59,478 nucleotides of DNA, filler included, from Sphacelaria rigidula (GCA_964200075.2; 10 parts of 10 records of this genome joined end to end with filler, not necessarily neighbours in it); one strand, 5' to 3'; shown: positions 1 to 12,881, numbered from the whole stretch's first letter. A program made the numbers and translations. The notes: generated by a model from the letters alone, not told the origin.

Positions 1-150
1 TTTGCGCTTCTCCGCGTGCTCGGTGTCCAGCGCTGTAGGGAGAAAATATGGAAAAAGCGATCACATGAGCTAGCTCGAGATCCGGATCAGAACACTAATA
101 AGAAGTAATATTTAGGTAGCTCATGAGCTGTCCGACGTGTGAAAAGTTTC
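1..150. repeat. 3' part of MITE family A (full copy at 36935-37335)
   Basis: Aligns by eye to 37200-37335, 38183-38330 and 43450-43530 (…GAGCTAG…ATCCGGATCAG…AGTAAT…TCCGAC.TGTG.AAAG). Confidence 0.7.
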
Positions 151-993
151 AATTAATAGTGTAATGTATGGAAGGAACGTAGTGAGCGCCGAAACGTTGG
201 AGGTGTTTCTATCAGGAGTAGGAACGGTGCTCCGTCCCGAAAGGGATGCGTAGTCAATGGTCGAATGGTTAAGGCGAGCAACAAATGAGTACCCTCCCTC
301 CTCCCCGTTGTTAATTTTGTTCCGCAGAATCATTAATCATCACCAACAGCACATGGCCGAGGATGCACACCCTCGGCGTTGATTGCCTCTCTACTGGTTG
401 ATACGGTACAATCCTACGTTCTCGAGCAACGAGATCTTGCACCCCTTGGAGATCCCGTAAACCGGGAACGCAGTCACCTATCGTACTCCCGGCGGTGTGG
501 CTGCCACAGCAATCGGTGAAACCGAGGTTCGAGGACTCATCAATTTCAGACGCCGTACATGGCCGTGGCAAAGGGGTCTCTCAAAACGGCACAAATAGCT
601 GTAAGAGTGACGTCACATGCTGCATGCACGACACAGACATGCGATGCATATTGGTAGACAGTGCTGAACAAAGACATCTGAGGTCAGACGTTTGGGGCAT
701 TCAGAATAGCGCAGCCGACTGTACTATATACACAGTTTATCTTTGAGTGTAGTGTATGTTTGAAGGCCGCGTTGCACAGAGTGCGGAGAAACAGCGTGGG
801 GCTTGCGACCCAATTGAACTCTGCGGTACAGGGTACGACCACACTCTACTGTACTGCCTGTACCCTGGCTGGGTACAGGCAATGTCTCCCACAGGATCAG
901 CAACGAGCATATCCTTGGTGTTTCTCTGCTGTTCATCATGAACCGTGTGCCTGGTGGATTCTGATACCCCAAGGCAAATAGTATTGCCGATAT

Positions 994-1734
994 CTAGTGC
1001 GGGTAGCTCCTGAGGTCTTTGTAGTGTAGGTATTGTAATGAATGCACGAGCGTGTGTTCAGTAGCGGCTAAAGCAGAGGACGATCGGCGATGACTGGTTG
1101 AAGTTTGCATTTCACAGAGGGCGAGAGCTTGCAGACTTCCACAGCGTCCTGCTGCAATCGGTCTTGAACGAAACAACTGGTGAGCACAGTCAACAATCTC
1201 TGCATTTCTTCTCGCGTGGCGTTCATATCCTGTGAGATACTCTCTTTCCTAACACCAAACTACCCTCGCCCTGGACTCTACTTCGTACGGTAGTCTGTCT
1301 CTCGGCACAGCTGTAAGGTCTATACTTGTACTGTCTACTGTAGAAGACACCGGATCACACGGGTGTTTTCTAGTGCGGGATTTCACCTGAAGGCTGGCGC
1401 AAAGGTGCCACCCGGGCCAGCGATGTAAGAACTCCCCTTCCATGCTGGCCAGACGCTCCTCGCACGATGCTAGCGCGGCATCGAGCTCGGTTCTGGCCTG
1501 CTTTAGTATGTGGATGTTGCTGTGTCTTGTAGCCCCCTTGGTAGTAGTGGCTTTGTCTCCGCACGGTCGTTGCCTGGATGAAGCTTTAACCGTTCCCGAA
1601 CTGCTGCAATTGCTCCTGTCTGTGCTCAGTCGCGGTGTTTTTTTCTTAGAGAAGGATGGCATCATAGATGCAGCGCTATATGCATCGCTGTGTCTAATCG
1701 AAGATGAGACGGTCGATTCACGTGTTTCCGCCAT
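994..1734 (-). CDS. Putative 2-exon gene (1734-1387, 1248-994); coiled-coil segment with weak resemblance to NuA4 subunit Eaf6
   Basis: ATG at 1734; phase-0 donor CAG|GTGAAA at 1387/1386 and phase-0 acceptor TAG|GAA at 1249/1248 join in frame. LKQARTELDAALASCEERLASMEGEFL…RRNAEIVDCAHQLFRS only loosely recalls Eaf6. Confidence 0.3.
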
Positions 1735-2932
1735 ATGGCGCAGGGAGGCTACCGTCTGTAAAGGAGTATCTCTAACATATCGTACGGAGCTGGTGTTCAC
1801 ATCAATCCGTGGTAGGTAGATATACTGTAATTTGTGCACGGTACCCAGTATAAAAATACGCCCCCCCCCCTGCATTAGGAAGCCTGAGTACCCTACTCCC
1901 TGGGCCTACCACCCCTCCCCCGCGGCCGGCAGTTGGTTGTGTACTAGGAGACCTCTGGAGGCTGCCAGCCAGCACCGAGCTGCTGGCGAGAGAAACAGCA
2001 GGCTAGGTACGTGAAGTATTTTAGGGTGCTTTCGGTGTTAATGGTGCTGCTTTCGTGTGCGTCACTAGTGGCTGTGCGACCGGGAAACGGTTTTACGGTC
2101 TAGTGTTTAACGATGCCCAAAAGTTTGGGCGGTTCCTACAGGAGAACGACACGCGGTCGTATGATAGGAGCATGATCGTGTCGTGATCTCGTCTCTCTGT
2201 ATGCGTATCACTTCTCAGGCGTGCGCTCCTACTGTCCTGTCCAGTCCTGTCTTATCCTGTACGTGTACGCTGTTGATGTCGTGTAGTATGTGCTGTACCA
2301 TAGAACAGCGAGAGAAGTGCAGGCAGACCGCCGTTAGCAGAACACCTTGCAATCATTTCGACATGCTGGATGCTGGCTTTCAGCTCTCTCCTGTACCCTA
2401 AAACTGTCCGGACAGTACAGTACAGTACAGACAGTATTATACTCGTAACTGCCGTCTGAACTACTCGACAATACTCGACGACACTGACTCCTGTCTCGTA
2501 CATCAAGAGCAGCTTGGCTTCACGCACCGTGGACCTAGCTCCACTTGAGCTCGCTTAGTCGTCCGACTCAACGTGCTACACCTTGGGGCGTGTGTGTACG
2601 TGTGAGGTGAACATGCTCTGATTATCCCCGGTGAGATAGATGTGTGTGCCAACGACAGCGCACAGATAGATGCTCCTTACGGTATGCGTGGTGAGCGAAA
2701 TGCTCCCTACGCATGGTGAAGCAAAACCGCACAGCTGTTTCATAATGTTGTCGCAGTACTTTACGCCGCGAGTCAACAGTCTCTCACATAGCCTCAGCGA
2801 TCCAAACGTTTACTCTGCGAATGCAGAGCGCACATGCATGACGACGACGCACCCCCCGACACAACATGCGCTTCCATCACATGCAGGCGCAAGATCTCAA
2901 GACCCCCCCCCCCTCCCCCCCACAGCAAGAAA

Positions 2933-3334
2933 ATGACCTCAACATGCGGTGCCTTCAGAGCAGCCGTGGTGGTCCTAGTACTCGCGACAGCTGCGCGCGC
3001 CTTCGTACTTTCGCCGACAAGGGTCGCCCCGGGGTTTTCCAGTTCTAGCGGCCGGCACTCCTTGCATCACACACCAACACCACCACCGACAGCCAGCAGG
3101 ACGGCATCGGTGCGATCTAGCTCGAGGAGAAACGGCGGCGGCAGCAGCAACATATCACCATTATCCTGTCCGTTAAACTCGCGACCGGGAGCATGTTTTG
3201 CGGAATGCACAGCACCGCTGATTAGCTCTGCCGCTCGAGAAGCGGGGGCGGCGGGGGGGTTTGCGCGACGGTCGTCAAGAATGACCATGGGCATGGGTAT
3301 TGCGTCTTGCGCGTTATCCCGAGGCGGCCGGAAG
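2933..3334 (+). CDS. First coding exon of a probable plastid-targeted protein (bipartite signal + transit peptide); mature product unknown
   Basis: MTSTCGAFRAAVVVLVLATAARA-FVLSP: hydrophobic signal, then AxA-F cleavage (stramenopile ASAFAP type), then a Ser/Arg-rich transit-like region with almost no acidic residues; strong donor AAG|GTATGT at 3334/3335. Confidence 0.7.
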
Positions 3335-3986
3335 GTATGTTGGGAGTGTGTTCCATGTTCACGGTCGACGGTGACATCGGGCAAGCTAAAGCGAGAAACC
3401 ACCTCGAGTGTTGCCCTCAAGGATATTTGATGATGGCAGAAACATGGTGTCATTTTTTTTTTTGTGTCGTGTTCTTCAGGAGGTTCATTGTTCGGGTGAC
3501 TCGCCGTCGGAAAAGCCCAAAAGCTATTTAAGTTGGTGACCATGTTTGTGCAACTTGAAGCAGATAGCTATCGTGGCGGAAATCGCTTGTCTCCAAACGT
3601 GTACCCTCCATCTAACTTTTTTGCTTTCATGATTCAAGGATTGGTCAAAAAGAAAAGCAGGGCCGTTATCGTTGCTGTACTGGAAGATGATTCTGCAATT
3701 ACTTTTTTTGTTCAAGAAATCGGAACATTTTTCTCAGGTCGGGTCCGGCACTGCGTAATTCATGCGCAAAAATCTGAGAAAAAACACAACCACGACCATA
3801 CTCTAGCGTCGAGGAAAAGATGCGCTTAGGCCGCTTCTCAGGTGGTGTCTTCAACCAAACAAGAAAAGTGCGGCTGATTTCGTGAGAGGGACGGTGGAAT
3901 GACGGTTCACAACTTTATTTATCACGAGAATCAAGCGCCGTTCCAATCTCGGGGGAAAATAAGTGAGGGCATGCCTTGGCGAATTT

Positions 3987-4137
3987 TTTTTCGATCGTAA
4001 ATGTGCGGTGGAAACGGAAAGCTCCGATCTGATAGGTTTGTGATTTCAATTATCGTAGTTAATTTTGAAGATGGTTACAATCACAACCTATCAGATCGAG
4101 ATATTTGTTTTCCACCGCGCTTTCTCGAACGAAAACC
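3987..4137. repeat. Imperfect palindromic core of a foldback/MITE family (second copy ~20427-20575)
   Basis: TTTTCGATCG…GCGGTGGAAA…GATCTGATAGGTT.GTGATT versus AATCACAACCTATCAGATC…TTTCCACCGC…CGAACGAAAA; homolog in contig 4. Confidence 0.7.
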
Positions 4138-4829
4138 GATGTCTTTGCTACGTTCGGTGTAATCTGACGCCAGCAGATGGCTATTGGTTCGGCCTCTCCA
4201 AGACGATATGTCGTTGGCGTACGTCAAGAGTGTGTGATGGGTTCCCTTTATTCGTCTATTATTAGTTTTCGTTTCAGCCTTCTCTTGCCGGTCACCACAC
4301 TCGATCTTCAATGGTTGTTTCAATACTACTGCTGGACACAAGGGACAAGCTATGGCCTAGTTGGGTAGGGTACCGGATGGAAAGGGGATTTAAGTGTGGT
4401 TTGCGGCCTTACGTGAACACCGTATCCAACGAACTCTTTTCTGGAACCTTCGAACCTTCTCTCTGATCCCCTCTGAACCCCAACTAATGGACTTTCAATA
4501 CAGATCTACATAGCCTACTTGTTCCCGAACCGTTTCTTGTGTTACCTTGTACTGAATCATACCGGCTCCGGTTCCTGAACCGTTCCTGCCGACGCGTCGT
4601 TCTGAACTGTATTGGCTCCTAATGCACCGTGCAGAGCATCTTACCCGCACATGATACCCCTGAGTATGATATCGACGTGTAGCTGTAAGCACACGACGGT
4701 GTTACAGGTACAGAAAAGCGCACACAAAACGAAAAATTGATCAAGGTAGAGCGGATAAAAAACTCACCCGCAATTAACGCTAGACCCCCAATCTCACGAA
4801 AACACTTTTTTTTCTCGGCCCTCCTGCAT

Positions 4830-5110
4830 CGTTTTACGCCCCAAAGGAGGACTGGGCGAATTTTGACACCTTGGATTGACCGTCCATGAACAAATGTGCA
4901 AGTGTGTCGAAATAAAAACTGCGGCCACCGGAAAACCCAGTGGTGTCCTGAAACCGTCTCAACGAGTAGAGCAAGTCCTTCTCAGGTGTCACAATCCGTC
5001 TATAATCGCTTCTTTTAGGGCGTAAAACGACGTAGAAGGACCAAAAAGGCAGTGTAACAGGGTTTTGTTCTTGTTGCCACAAGAAGCGGCCTTGGAGTAG
5101 TAGTCTATGG
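4830..5110. repeat. Partial copy of foldback family B (full copy 40449-40930)
   Basis: Shared blocks ACGAGTAGAGCAAGTC, GGCGTAAAACGACG.AGAAGG, GGCAGT. Confidence 0.7.
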
Positions 5111-5858
5111 CCATGTGGTGATGCGCCGAGTGTGAATGAAGTTCTTTCTGCGACACACGGCCGAATTTTTGTCACTACAATGATTTATTTCGTCGATTCG
5201 ACACATACAGTGTATGCTACGAGCACTTGTTCGTGGACCTATTCATAGCCCTCGTCGCTCTCCTGGCATGGAGGAACTTAGCTCCAGCAGGGAGAGACTG
5301 CTGAAGTGCTTGTACGACATGCTCTTCAAGAACCGGGATCATCAGCAGAGGGTAGTTGGCATCAAACGCACGCTTGTGGTACGCCAAGCCAGGCTGCAGC
5401 AAGCAGCCCTTCCTGTACGGTACCCATGTGCTGTACGGTACCTTGTACCGATTGTGCTCGTACCGAACTTTTCTATACTTTGGTGGCATATATAGCGGGG
5501 GTACTACTAGCATAAGAAGAAACCCAGGTCGCCTGTTCCTGACAACAATTTTGTGACTACCATCTCCGTTGACCCGACCCGCTAACGAATGGCCAGAGCC
5601 CGTCAACCAGGACCCGTCATCCCGGGCCTGTAAACCTGGGAATTATCATTCTCCAATTCCGAGTTCGTGCTATGGTGATGCTCCTCACCCTGGGCGTTGA
5701 CACCCATCGCCCACAGTCAGTCTCTCTATCTTCTATCGTATGCCCTGTCTCTGCAAGGCTTACCAATTCCAAGTCCGACACTTTCCACGATAGCCCCCCC
5801 CCCCCCCCCCCCCCCCCCCCCGCCCCCCTCCCCCCCGCCTCGACACAACGCTGACAAA

Positions 5859-5958
5859 NNNNNNNNNNNNNNNNNNNNNNNNNNNNNNNNNNNNNNNNNN
5901 NNTTAATTAATTAANNNNNNNNNNNNNNNNNNNNNNNNNNNNNNNNNNNNNNNNNNNN
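5859..5958. other. Artificial contig linker (44 N + TTAATTAATTAA + 44 N)
   Basis: Identical 100-nt spacer with stops in all six frames; recurs every 5958 nt. Confidence 0.98.
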
Positions 5959-6033
5959 GGTTGGTTGGGGGGGGGTGGGTTGGGGTTGTTGTGAGGGTGG
6001 AGGGAGGGGGGGGGGGGGGGGGGGGAGGGGGGA

Positions 6034-6076
<43 letters not shown>

Positions 6077-6100
6077 ACAGTTGCGACGAAGGAGCGTAGT

Positions 6101-9100
6101 TCAAAGCGGGGCGTGGACGTCGTGGGTGAGGTCGATGTTGCGCTGGAGACCGCGGCGACGTCCTTTGGACTCAAGGCGCTGGGGGCACCAGGATCCGCGT
6201 GGTGCAGTTGGGCTGGTGATGTATAGCGCTGGCCTGAGCTTGAGCTGTATGGGTCGAGGATCATCGATGAAGCGCGCGATGCATGTGTCGGCCGAAACCA
6301 GGCTAGCGGAGTGGGTCTGACCCAACCAACAGAGGTTGTCACTGCCTTTGAACCAAAGGGAGCTGCCCTTGGGCAGCATTCGCTGATTTGCGGAGAACTT
6401 CGGCTTACGAGTCTTGGTGGGTACAAGTTCGCAACAATCGGCGACGAATCGTAGTCCCTGATCGCGGTGAAGTTCGAGGGCTGCTGCGCCACGACGCATG
6501 TTGCAATATTTCTTGTTGCGAGCAAGATGCTTATGTTGGGATTGCGTCCAGTACAGGAGGATTGCACGGCGGTGCAATTGAAGGTCGGATTCGCGTTCCC
6601 AAGACGCTTTCCGGAGACCGTGGCAGCGTGTCTCACACATGACAGCGGTTTTGCCACCTCGACTACGATTTATATGGTGGCCGAAGATGGAGGACACCGT
6701 CAATCGGAGGAGCTGTTTCGTCACGTCGTCGGTTGTAACGTGGTAGGGCGGGGACTTGGTCGAGTGGCTGTTGAGAACATACTGAGTGAGTCCGGCAGGC
6801 AGGTACTTGGGCATGTCGCTTGTACTATGCGGGTTCGTACAGGGTTTGCATCTGTGCACGGAGACGCGGAGTTTGGTGTCCTTGCCCTGGAAGTCGCGAG
6901 GGAAGTCGAGATTGAGCAGTTTGTCACCAACGGGTTTATCATCCGGTGAAGATGGCGGTGGTCCGACTGTCAGAACCTTGAATGGGCCTGTCCAATTGAG
7001 GGACAGTTTTGTCTTCAAAATTGTTTCGTTGGCTGCCTTGCTGGTGCCTTGGCGGATGGTCGACAAACTGTTGTAGATCCAAACCAATCACCAATTTTTC
7101 AGTTGGGGCGTCTGTGCATGAGGTTGTAGAGAGCAGTGTTAGATCTCTCTAGGCGCGAGGCGTTGATAGCGTGTTGTTCGCGCACGAGGGTAAACGTTTT
7201 GCGTTGTCGTGCATGCGCTAGCTCGTGATAGGATATCTGATCCTGATACAATCCTTGGTGGCCATCGAACGTGTGTCGCTCAAACACACTGATGGACAGC
7301 CGAGGGTAACGTCCAAGACGGAGTTCGTTCGGAGAAAGGCCTGTGGCGGCGTTAACTGAGTTGTTGTAGGACAACATGATGTACGAGAGATGTAGGTCCC
7401 AGTCATTTTGGCGGTCATTGACAACCATAGAGAGCATCTAGGCCATGGTGTGATTAATTCTTTCGGTACCACCGTTACCGTTCGGGTGGTAGGCGCTCGT
7501 GGCAATTTTGCGGATGCCCAGGAGCTTGTAAAGCTCATCAGAGAGATCTGAGCAAAAATTGCTGACCATCGTCTGAAAGGAGCCGCTTTGGGCAACCGCA
7601 GTGCTTAATGTAGTCGTGCACCAACATGTTGGCCGTTCCGGCGGCAGTGAAATCTGCGGCGGTTACCGCGTACATGGACGCGTGGCGGCTGAAGCGGTCA
7701 GTGAAGAGTAAGATGTAGGTGTTGCCGCGACCTGTGGTCGGTAGAAGGCAAGAGTAATCAAAGGACGCAAGGTGGCCTGGCTCGTTGGGGAGTCCCATAG
7801 AGATGACGGGCCAGCGTACTATCTACCGTGAAGTTTTTCGGGCTTGGTATTTGAAGCATCGCCGAATCCAGAAGCGGGTTGAAATTTCCATGCCAACCCA
7901 CCAGTAGAAGCGTTCCAAGAGCGCTAGGGTGCGGGTGACGCCAAGGTGACATGACAAGTCTGTGTGGCAGCCGTTCATGACCCAGGGGCGCACTTATAAT
8001 GAGACATATATGCGCGTTGGTTCGTCGCCGAGTAGTCGTGCGTGGCATCCCGCGGTTGAGACGGAAATTGCGCCTATCGAGGGCGTGGGGCGACGCACGG
8101 GTAGTTGTACACCTTTATCCGTAGTAAAAAGGGTGCCTTTACGCACGAGCCCGTATACGTCAGAAATGACTGGTGGTGGGAGTGTGCCCACCGGGACCAG
8201 AAGGGCGGATGGAAAAGGAACTGGGCAGTCGAGTTGTAAGTATCGGATGGCTGCGCGACATAGCGGTTCCGCGTTTTGTTCGCGAGCCCAATCGCGGTGA
8301 AAGTAGCTGGCGAGAAACTCGCGTAGTTGACCTTCCGCTGGCGAGCCGACCAAAAATGGTGGGGTAGGCAGCGGGGAACAGGCGACGGGGCAGAAGTGCC
8401 GACGCCAATATCTACCCCGGGAGCATGAGCTATGTCGTCAGCTCCATACTCAGGAGTGGTAGATGTTGGTGGCGCCAATTTAGGCGGCGGGGCTGTAGTA
8501 GTGCGCGGCGACGATTGTCCGCGGCGCGTAGTGCACGTTGCAAGAGTGTTCGAGGAGCGCTGCGTGCTGGTGCGTAGGGCCTGTGTTGCGTGGCTCGTGG
8601 GATTTGCAGGTGTTATCGGTGGCGGCGGGGCACTCGGGGTGGTGCGGGCGGCAGACCAGAAGCGGGTGTTTTCGGAGATTAGGTTGGTGACCGAAGGGGT
8701 CTCCGTGAAGAGTTTGGTGCGAGTACCGAAGGTGCGAAAATCGACAAAATCGGAGGTAGTGGGTGTTAACCCACCCAAGACGGCGTCATACGGTAGAGGG
8801 CAAGGTCCTCCCATATGTATACCGGTTTCTGGGCACTGGAAGTCGAGGGCGTAAACGGGCGTTGAAAAAGATCTACTCGCGTGAATTCCAGTGTCATCGG
8901 GTTCCCTTAAACGGCAAGCCGAGCTGGAATCTGCGGCCGTAGTCGGCAGGGGTAGGCGAGAAAGAAGATCAGCGTTCCCGTTGGTTTTGCCTGGACGATA
9001 CCTAATGTTACACTGGTACGCTGTTAGAAGCTGAAACCATCGCTGTTCACGCCGGTTGTGTACGCCAACCTTGGCGAGTTGTTCGAGTGCCCCATGATCC

Positions 9101-11707
9101 GTAAAGATCTCGAAGGGCACGCGAAACAAATGTTGTCGAAGGCGCTTCATGACCCAAGTGATTACTCCGCCTTCAAATTCTAATAGACTCCAATTGGCCT
9201 CGTTGGGCAGGGTAGCACGGCTGATATAACGGATGGTTCGGACGGAGCCATGAAGCTGAGATTGATTCAAAACTCCTTCAAATCCGTTTGTGCTGGCGTC
9301 AGTGTGGAGTTGGAAAAGGCGGGAGTCATCTTGTATTGCCTCCCAATCAGGAAAGCAGAGTACCGGCTTTTCGGTGAGCGTCTTGAGTAGTTTGCGGGTG
9401 ATATTCTCCACTTCGGTTGTAAAGGAAAACACGGCTCCTTTCTTGAGTAGCTCAGTAAGGGGGCGAATCCGTTTGGATAAATTCGGCAATTCACGGTGGT
9501 GAAACAGACCGCCCAACAATAAGCAAAGTTGAGAAATGTTAGTTGGCATCGGCAAGTCAGTCATCGCCTTGACTTTGTTTGTATCCGGACACAGACCTTC
9601 TGGAGAAATGGAATGCCCCAGGAAATCCAAGTCAGTCGCACCCAGGCGAGCTTTGAATGGAGACAGTTTCAAGTCATCATGTGTTCGTAGGCGAGAGAGA
9701 AATTCTCGTAGAGTGCGGATATGTGCAGTAGGCGAAGCATCGAAAGCGATAGCGTTATCCAGGTATATGATGATGTGCTCGAGGCCCTCGGTGACGCGTT
9801 GCATTAAGCGTGGAAAGCATCCCGGGACAGTGGCAGCGCCTTGTGGCCTTCGAAGTCACTCGTAAAGTCCGAACGAGACACAAAAGGCCGTCAGTGGGAC
9901 TGTGTCAGGGTGAATAGCATTCTGCAAGAATCCAAAAGCGAGGTCGAAGATACTGAATCTTTTTTTTTCGCCTGAGGAGTCGAAGACTTCATCAATGCGG
10001 GGAATTGGAAGTTTACCGACCACAGTGACGCGGTTCAACCGTTGGTAATTCACGGTTATGCGTCTGTTTCCATCCTTTTGGGGGACGACCACGAGGGGCG
10101 AGGCCCAAGGAGAGGAGGAGTGTTGTATTAACCCCGCTCCCAAGTATGCTTCCAAGATGGCGTTAACCGTTTTGGTAAGGACTGGGTTTGCCCGGTATGG
10201 CCGAGAAGAGATCGGCGAGACGCCGGGTTGGAGGGTAACCTCAAACGGCAGCGTTTTTGCAATGCCCACGGTCCGTCTTGGATCGGGAAAATCGGTCTTG
10301 GTACTGTAACAGGACATCACTGACTTCTCGGATGACTGCTGGTTCCCAGCCGGGCTCATGAAGATCAAAATTAATGTCGCGCATGTGTGGCGGTAGTTGG
10401 TGCCACATTTGCAAGAGACTAGTCCGAGAATCTGGTGACAAGCGTTGAAGCACTTCAGCAGGAGGATCGAAATTTGACTGGGCAGGATCCATGGTGTGGA
10501 CCTGGGGTGGGGTCGCAGAGGCGAGGTCGAAATAAGGTTCATCGACACAATGGACTGGCTCCGCACGAGATGTGGCGTTTGGCTCAGCAGGCTCTGTTGC
10601 GCACGTCTCGAGTGGGATGTGCATCAGGGGAGCAGCGGCGATTCCTAAAACATCGCTGGGTTCCGAGTTAGCATGACCCGTAAGAGGGAGGAGTTGTTAT
10701 CCCGCCGAGACAAAATGTTCTGTGTCGGCTGGTGCGCCAATACGGGGTGACATTTCGGCAAGATAATGACCCGTAAGTGCTGGCATGCCATTTCGGCGAA
10801 CTAGTGCAACTTTTAGAAGTTGAGTATCGCCGAAGAGTGTAATACAAACGCTACCGTTGTATCGTAGGTGGTAAGCAGCTCCGGTTGCTTGAGTATTCTT
10901 CGGGTAGGCCAGGGCGCCGTGGAGAGTACCAAAGTGCTCAAGGTTGAATTCTCCGCAAGGCGTGGGATGTGGCGATAGTGGTTGAAGCGTGCGGTAGGTT
11001 CGTTTATTGAACCTCATATAGCTATCTCTGCCCAATAATATGGCGTAGTGCATTGTGCTGTCGGAGACAATGTACGCCCAGACTACCAGGCTGGCAGAAC
11101 GAGTGGTGTTGTGAAATAATTGCATACTGAGACGTACGGGTTTCCGTGTCGTCAGGGGTGCGGCAGAATCACCGAAACCGCCCCGCACGCGAGGTTGGGT
11201 GGTGGTTTCGCAAGCTGCAGTAGCAGCATCAGTCTGTTTCATGTCTTTCCATGTTGATTCTCGAATATATATTTGCGGACTGCCGCTGTCCAACGAGAAT
11301 ACGCATTTCGTAGGCCTGGTGGCGTTTGGACCAGAGTGGATCGCAACGCGTGTAGTGAAAGTGGCCGGATCCACAGACGCTTTACCGCCGACAAGATCCG
11401 GACCATGTTCCGGCAAGGTAAATTGATCAGGATCAGCGGGGCTGACAGCAAAGACGCATGGCGAGTGATCCTCCGTTGGGTCAGATTTCTCACCAGAGAA
11501 GAGTGTGGATGGTATATTATTTCCAGGTGTGACACTGTCGGAGGGGCCAATAGCGATCTCGTAAATGATCGTCTGTGGTTGACAGGGATCGCCATCCGAG
11601 GGGGATCCAGATTGTGCGGGGCTGAAGTCGTCAATTAAAGAAGTAGTGACGTCAGAAATATCTGGTTTTGTTTCTTCCGTGATACCTGATAGATCCGTCC
11701 AGCTCAA
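6101..11707 (-). mobile_element. Decayed Ty3/Gypsy (chromovirus-like) LTR retrotransposon, internal pol region: PR-RT-RH-IN-chromodomain
   Basis: Protease FSLDSGS…ILLGRD (10697-11707); RT PWASPLVVV.QKDG..R..VNYQRLN and IYLDN (YLDD mutated); RNase H LHTDAS…FEIFTDH…NGNADLLSR; IN FDY…FTDRFS…LLSDDGQQF; GPY/F motif NWTGPFKV; chromo-like IFGHH…SWERESDL. Multiple frameshifts and stops; LTRs lie outside the contig. Confidence 0.93.
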
Positions 11708-11816
11708 AGTCGTCGCATTTTGGAGAGATTGAGGTCGAGGATTTCCGCTCGAGTCATCCTACGATAGGGGGGGGTGTATTTTGGGCCATTTGTTGCTCGA
11801 AATTTCGAGTCACATC

Positions 11817-11916
11817 NNNNNNNNNNNNNNNNNNNNNNNNNNNNNNNNNNNNNNNNNNNNTTAATTAATTAANNNNNNNNNNNNNNNNNNNNNNNNNNNN
11901 NNNNNNNNNNNNNNNN
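11817..11916. other. Artificial contig linker
   Basis: Same N44-TTAATTAATTAA-N44 structure. Confidence 0.98.
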
Positions 11917-12337
11917 AGAATCGTTAGGAGCCTCTGAACCAGACAAAATTTCGCGAAAAAAGTGCACCCCTACCGTAGCATTGCTCGTCGGTTATATTCT
12001 TCTTGGAATGCGAGGTGTATGCTCTGGGCAGACTTGCAGGGACCCGTCCGATATAAGCAGATCATTCACAGAGAAAAATGGAGATGTAGAGCAAAAGGAG
12101 AATGGGTTATAGTAAAGAGGTACTAAGTGCATGCTTCGAACTTCAGAGAGGAGAGTCAAAGCGGACCATTATCCACGGTCTTATGCCAAGCCGAATGTAT
12201 TTCTCCGATACGCCACTACGCCGAACGGCAGACACGTCCCATGTGCTCCAGCCAGGACAGTATGCGACGGACCCGCTGAACCTAGCGCTTTTTGGAATAC
12301 CACGTGACTGCTGAGTTTATCAGCTAGCCAGCGCTGG

Positions 12338-12745
12338 CTGACTAGCTCAGCAGCAACCGGTATCGTAACAAAAGCCAAGTTCTGGAGTTCGAGTCCCTGT
12401 GCGAGTAAAAATATTATTTGATGTTGAGCACCGGTTGCGAGCTGACTGATTAGCTCAGCAGTCAACCGGTGTTTCATCACAAGCTAAGTTCGGCGTGTAC
12501 GTCGCATAACCCCGAGTACTCACACCCCAGGGTTGGCATCACTATATCCAACGCTGTCTGGGAAGTTTAACCGGTTTTCCTACGACCACCCGGTGCTCAA
12601 CATCGAAGAATATCTTTACTTGCACAGGAGTTCAAACCCTAGAACTTGGCTTCTGGTAAGATACAGGTTCACTGGTGAGCTAATCAGTCAGCGCTAATCA
12701 TTAGCGCTGGCTGATTAGCTCAGCATGCAGTCCACCGGTATCTCA
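12338..12745. repeat. Inverted pair of tRNA-like (pol III) repeat heads plus partial copies
   Basis: 12338-12434 (TAGCTCAG A-box-like, GAGTTCGAGTCC B-box-like) is reverse-complement-similar to 12591-12692; TGA.TAGCTCAGCA recurs at ~12446 and ~12712. Confidence 0.55.
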
Positions 12746-12881
12746 ACAGCAGTCGCAGGCCTTCCTTAAACAGAGGGGTCGACCGATCGATCGCGATGCT
12801 GGGGAAGTCAAAGCGCTTGCACAAGGGAACTCGTGACCGGCGCACTCGGGTGTAGTCAGTCAATACTGGAACGGAGATTTT

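Noticed and set aside
5214..5606. Coding-looking ORFs of 93-129 aa
   Set aside because: No recognisable motif and no consistent splice pair with the exon at 2933-3334
5903..5914. TTAATTAATTAA recurring with exact periodicity as a possible biological repeat
   Set aside because: It is an artificial six-frame-stop spacer embedded in Ns
5794..6074. Poly-Pro/poly-Gly ORFs near contig ends (also 35556, 36432, 41521)
   Set aside because: They are translations of homopolymer C/G runs at assembly breaks; some ORFs run through the N linker
6388..11638. Plus-strand ORFs over the contig-2 retroelement (and minus-strand ORFs over 49467-52422)
   Set aside because: Antisense shadows of pol with no motif support
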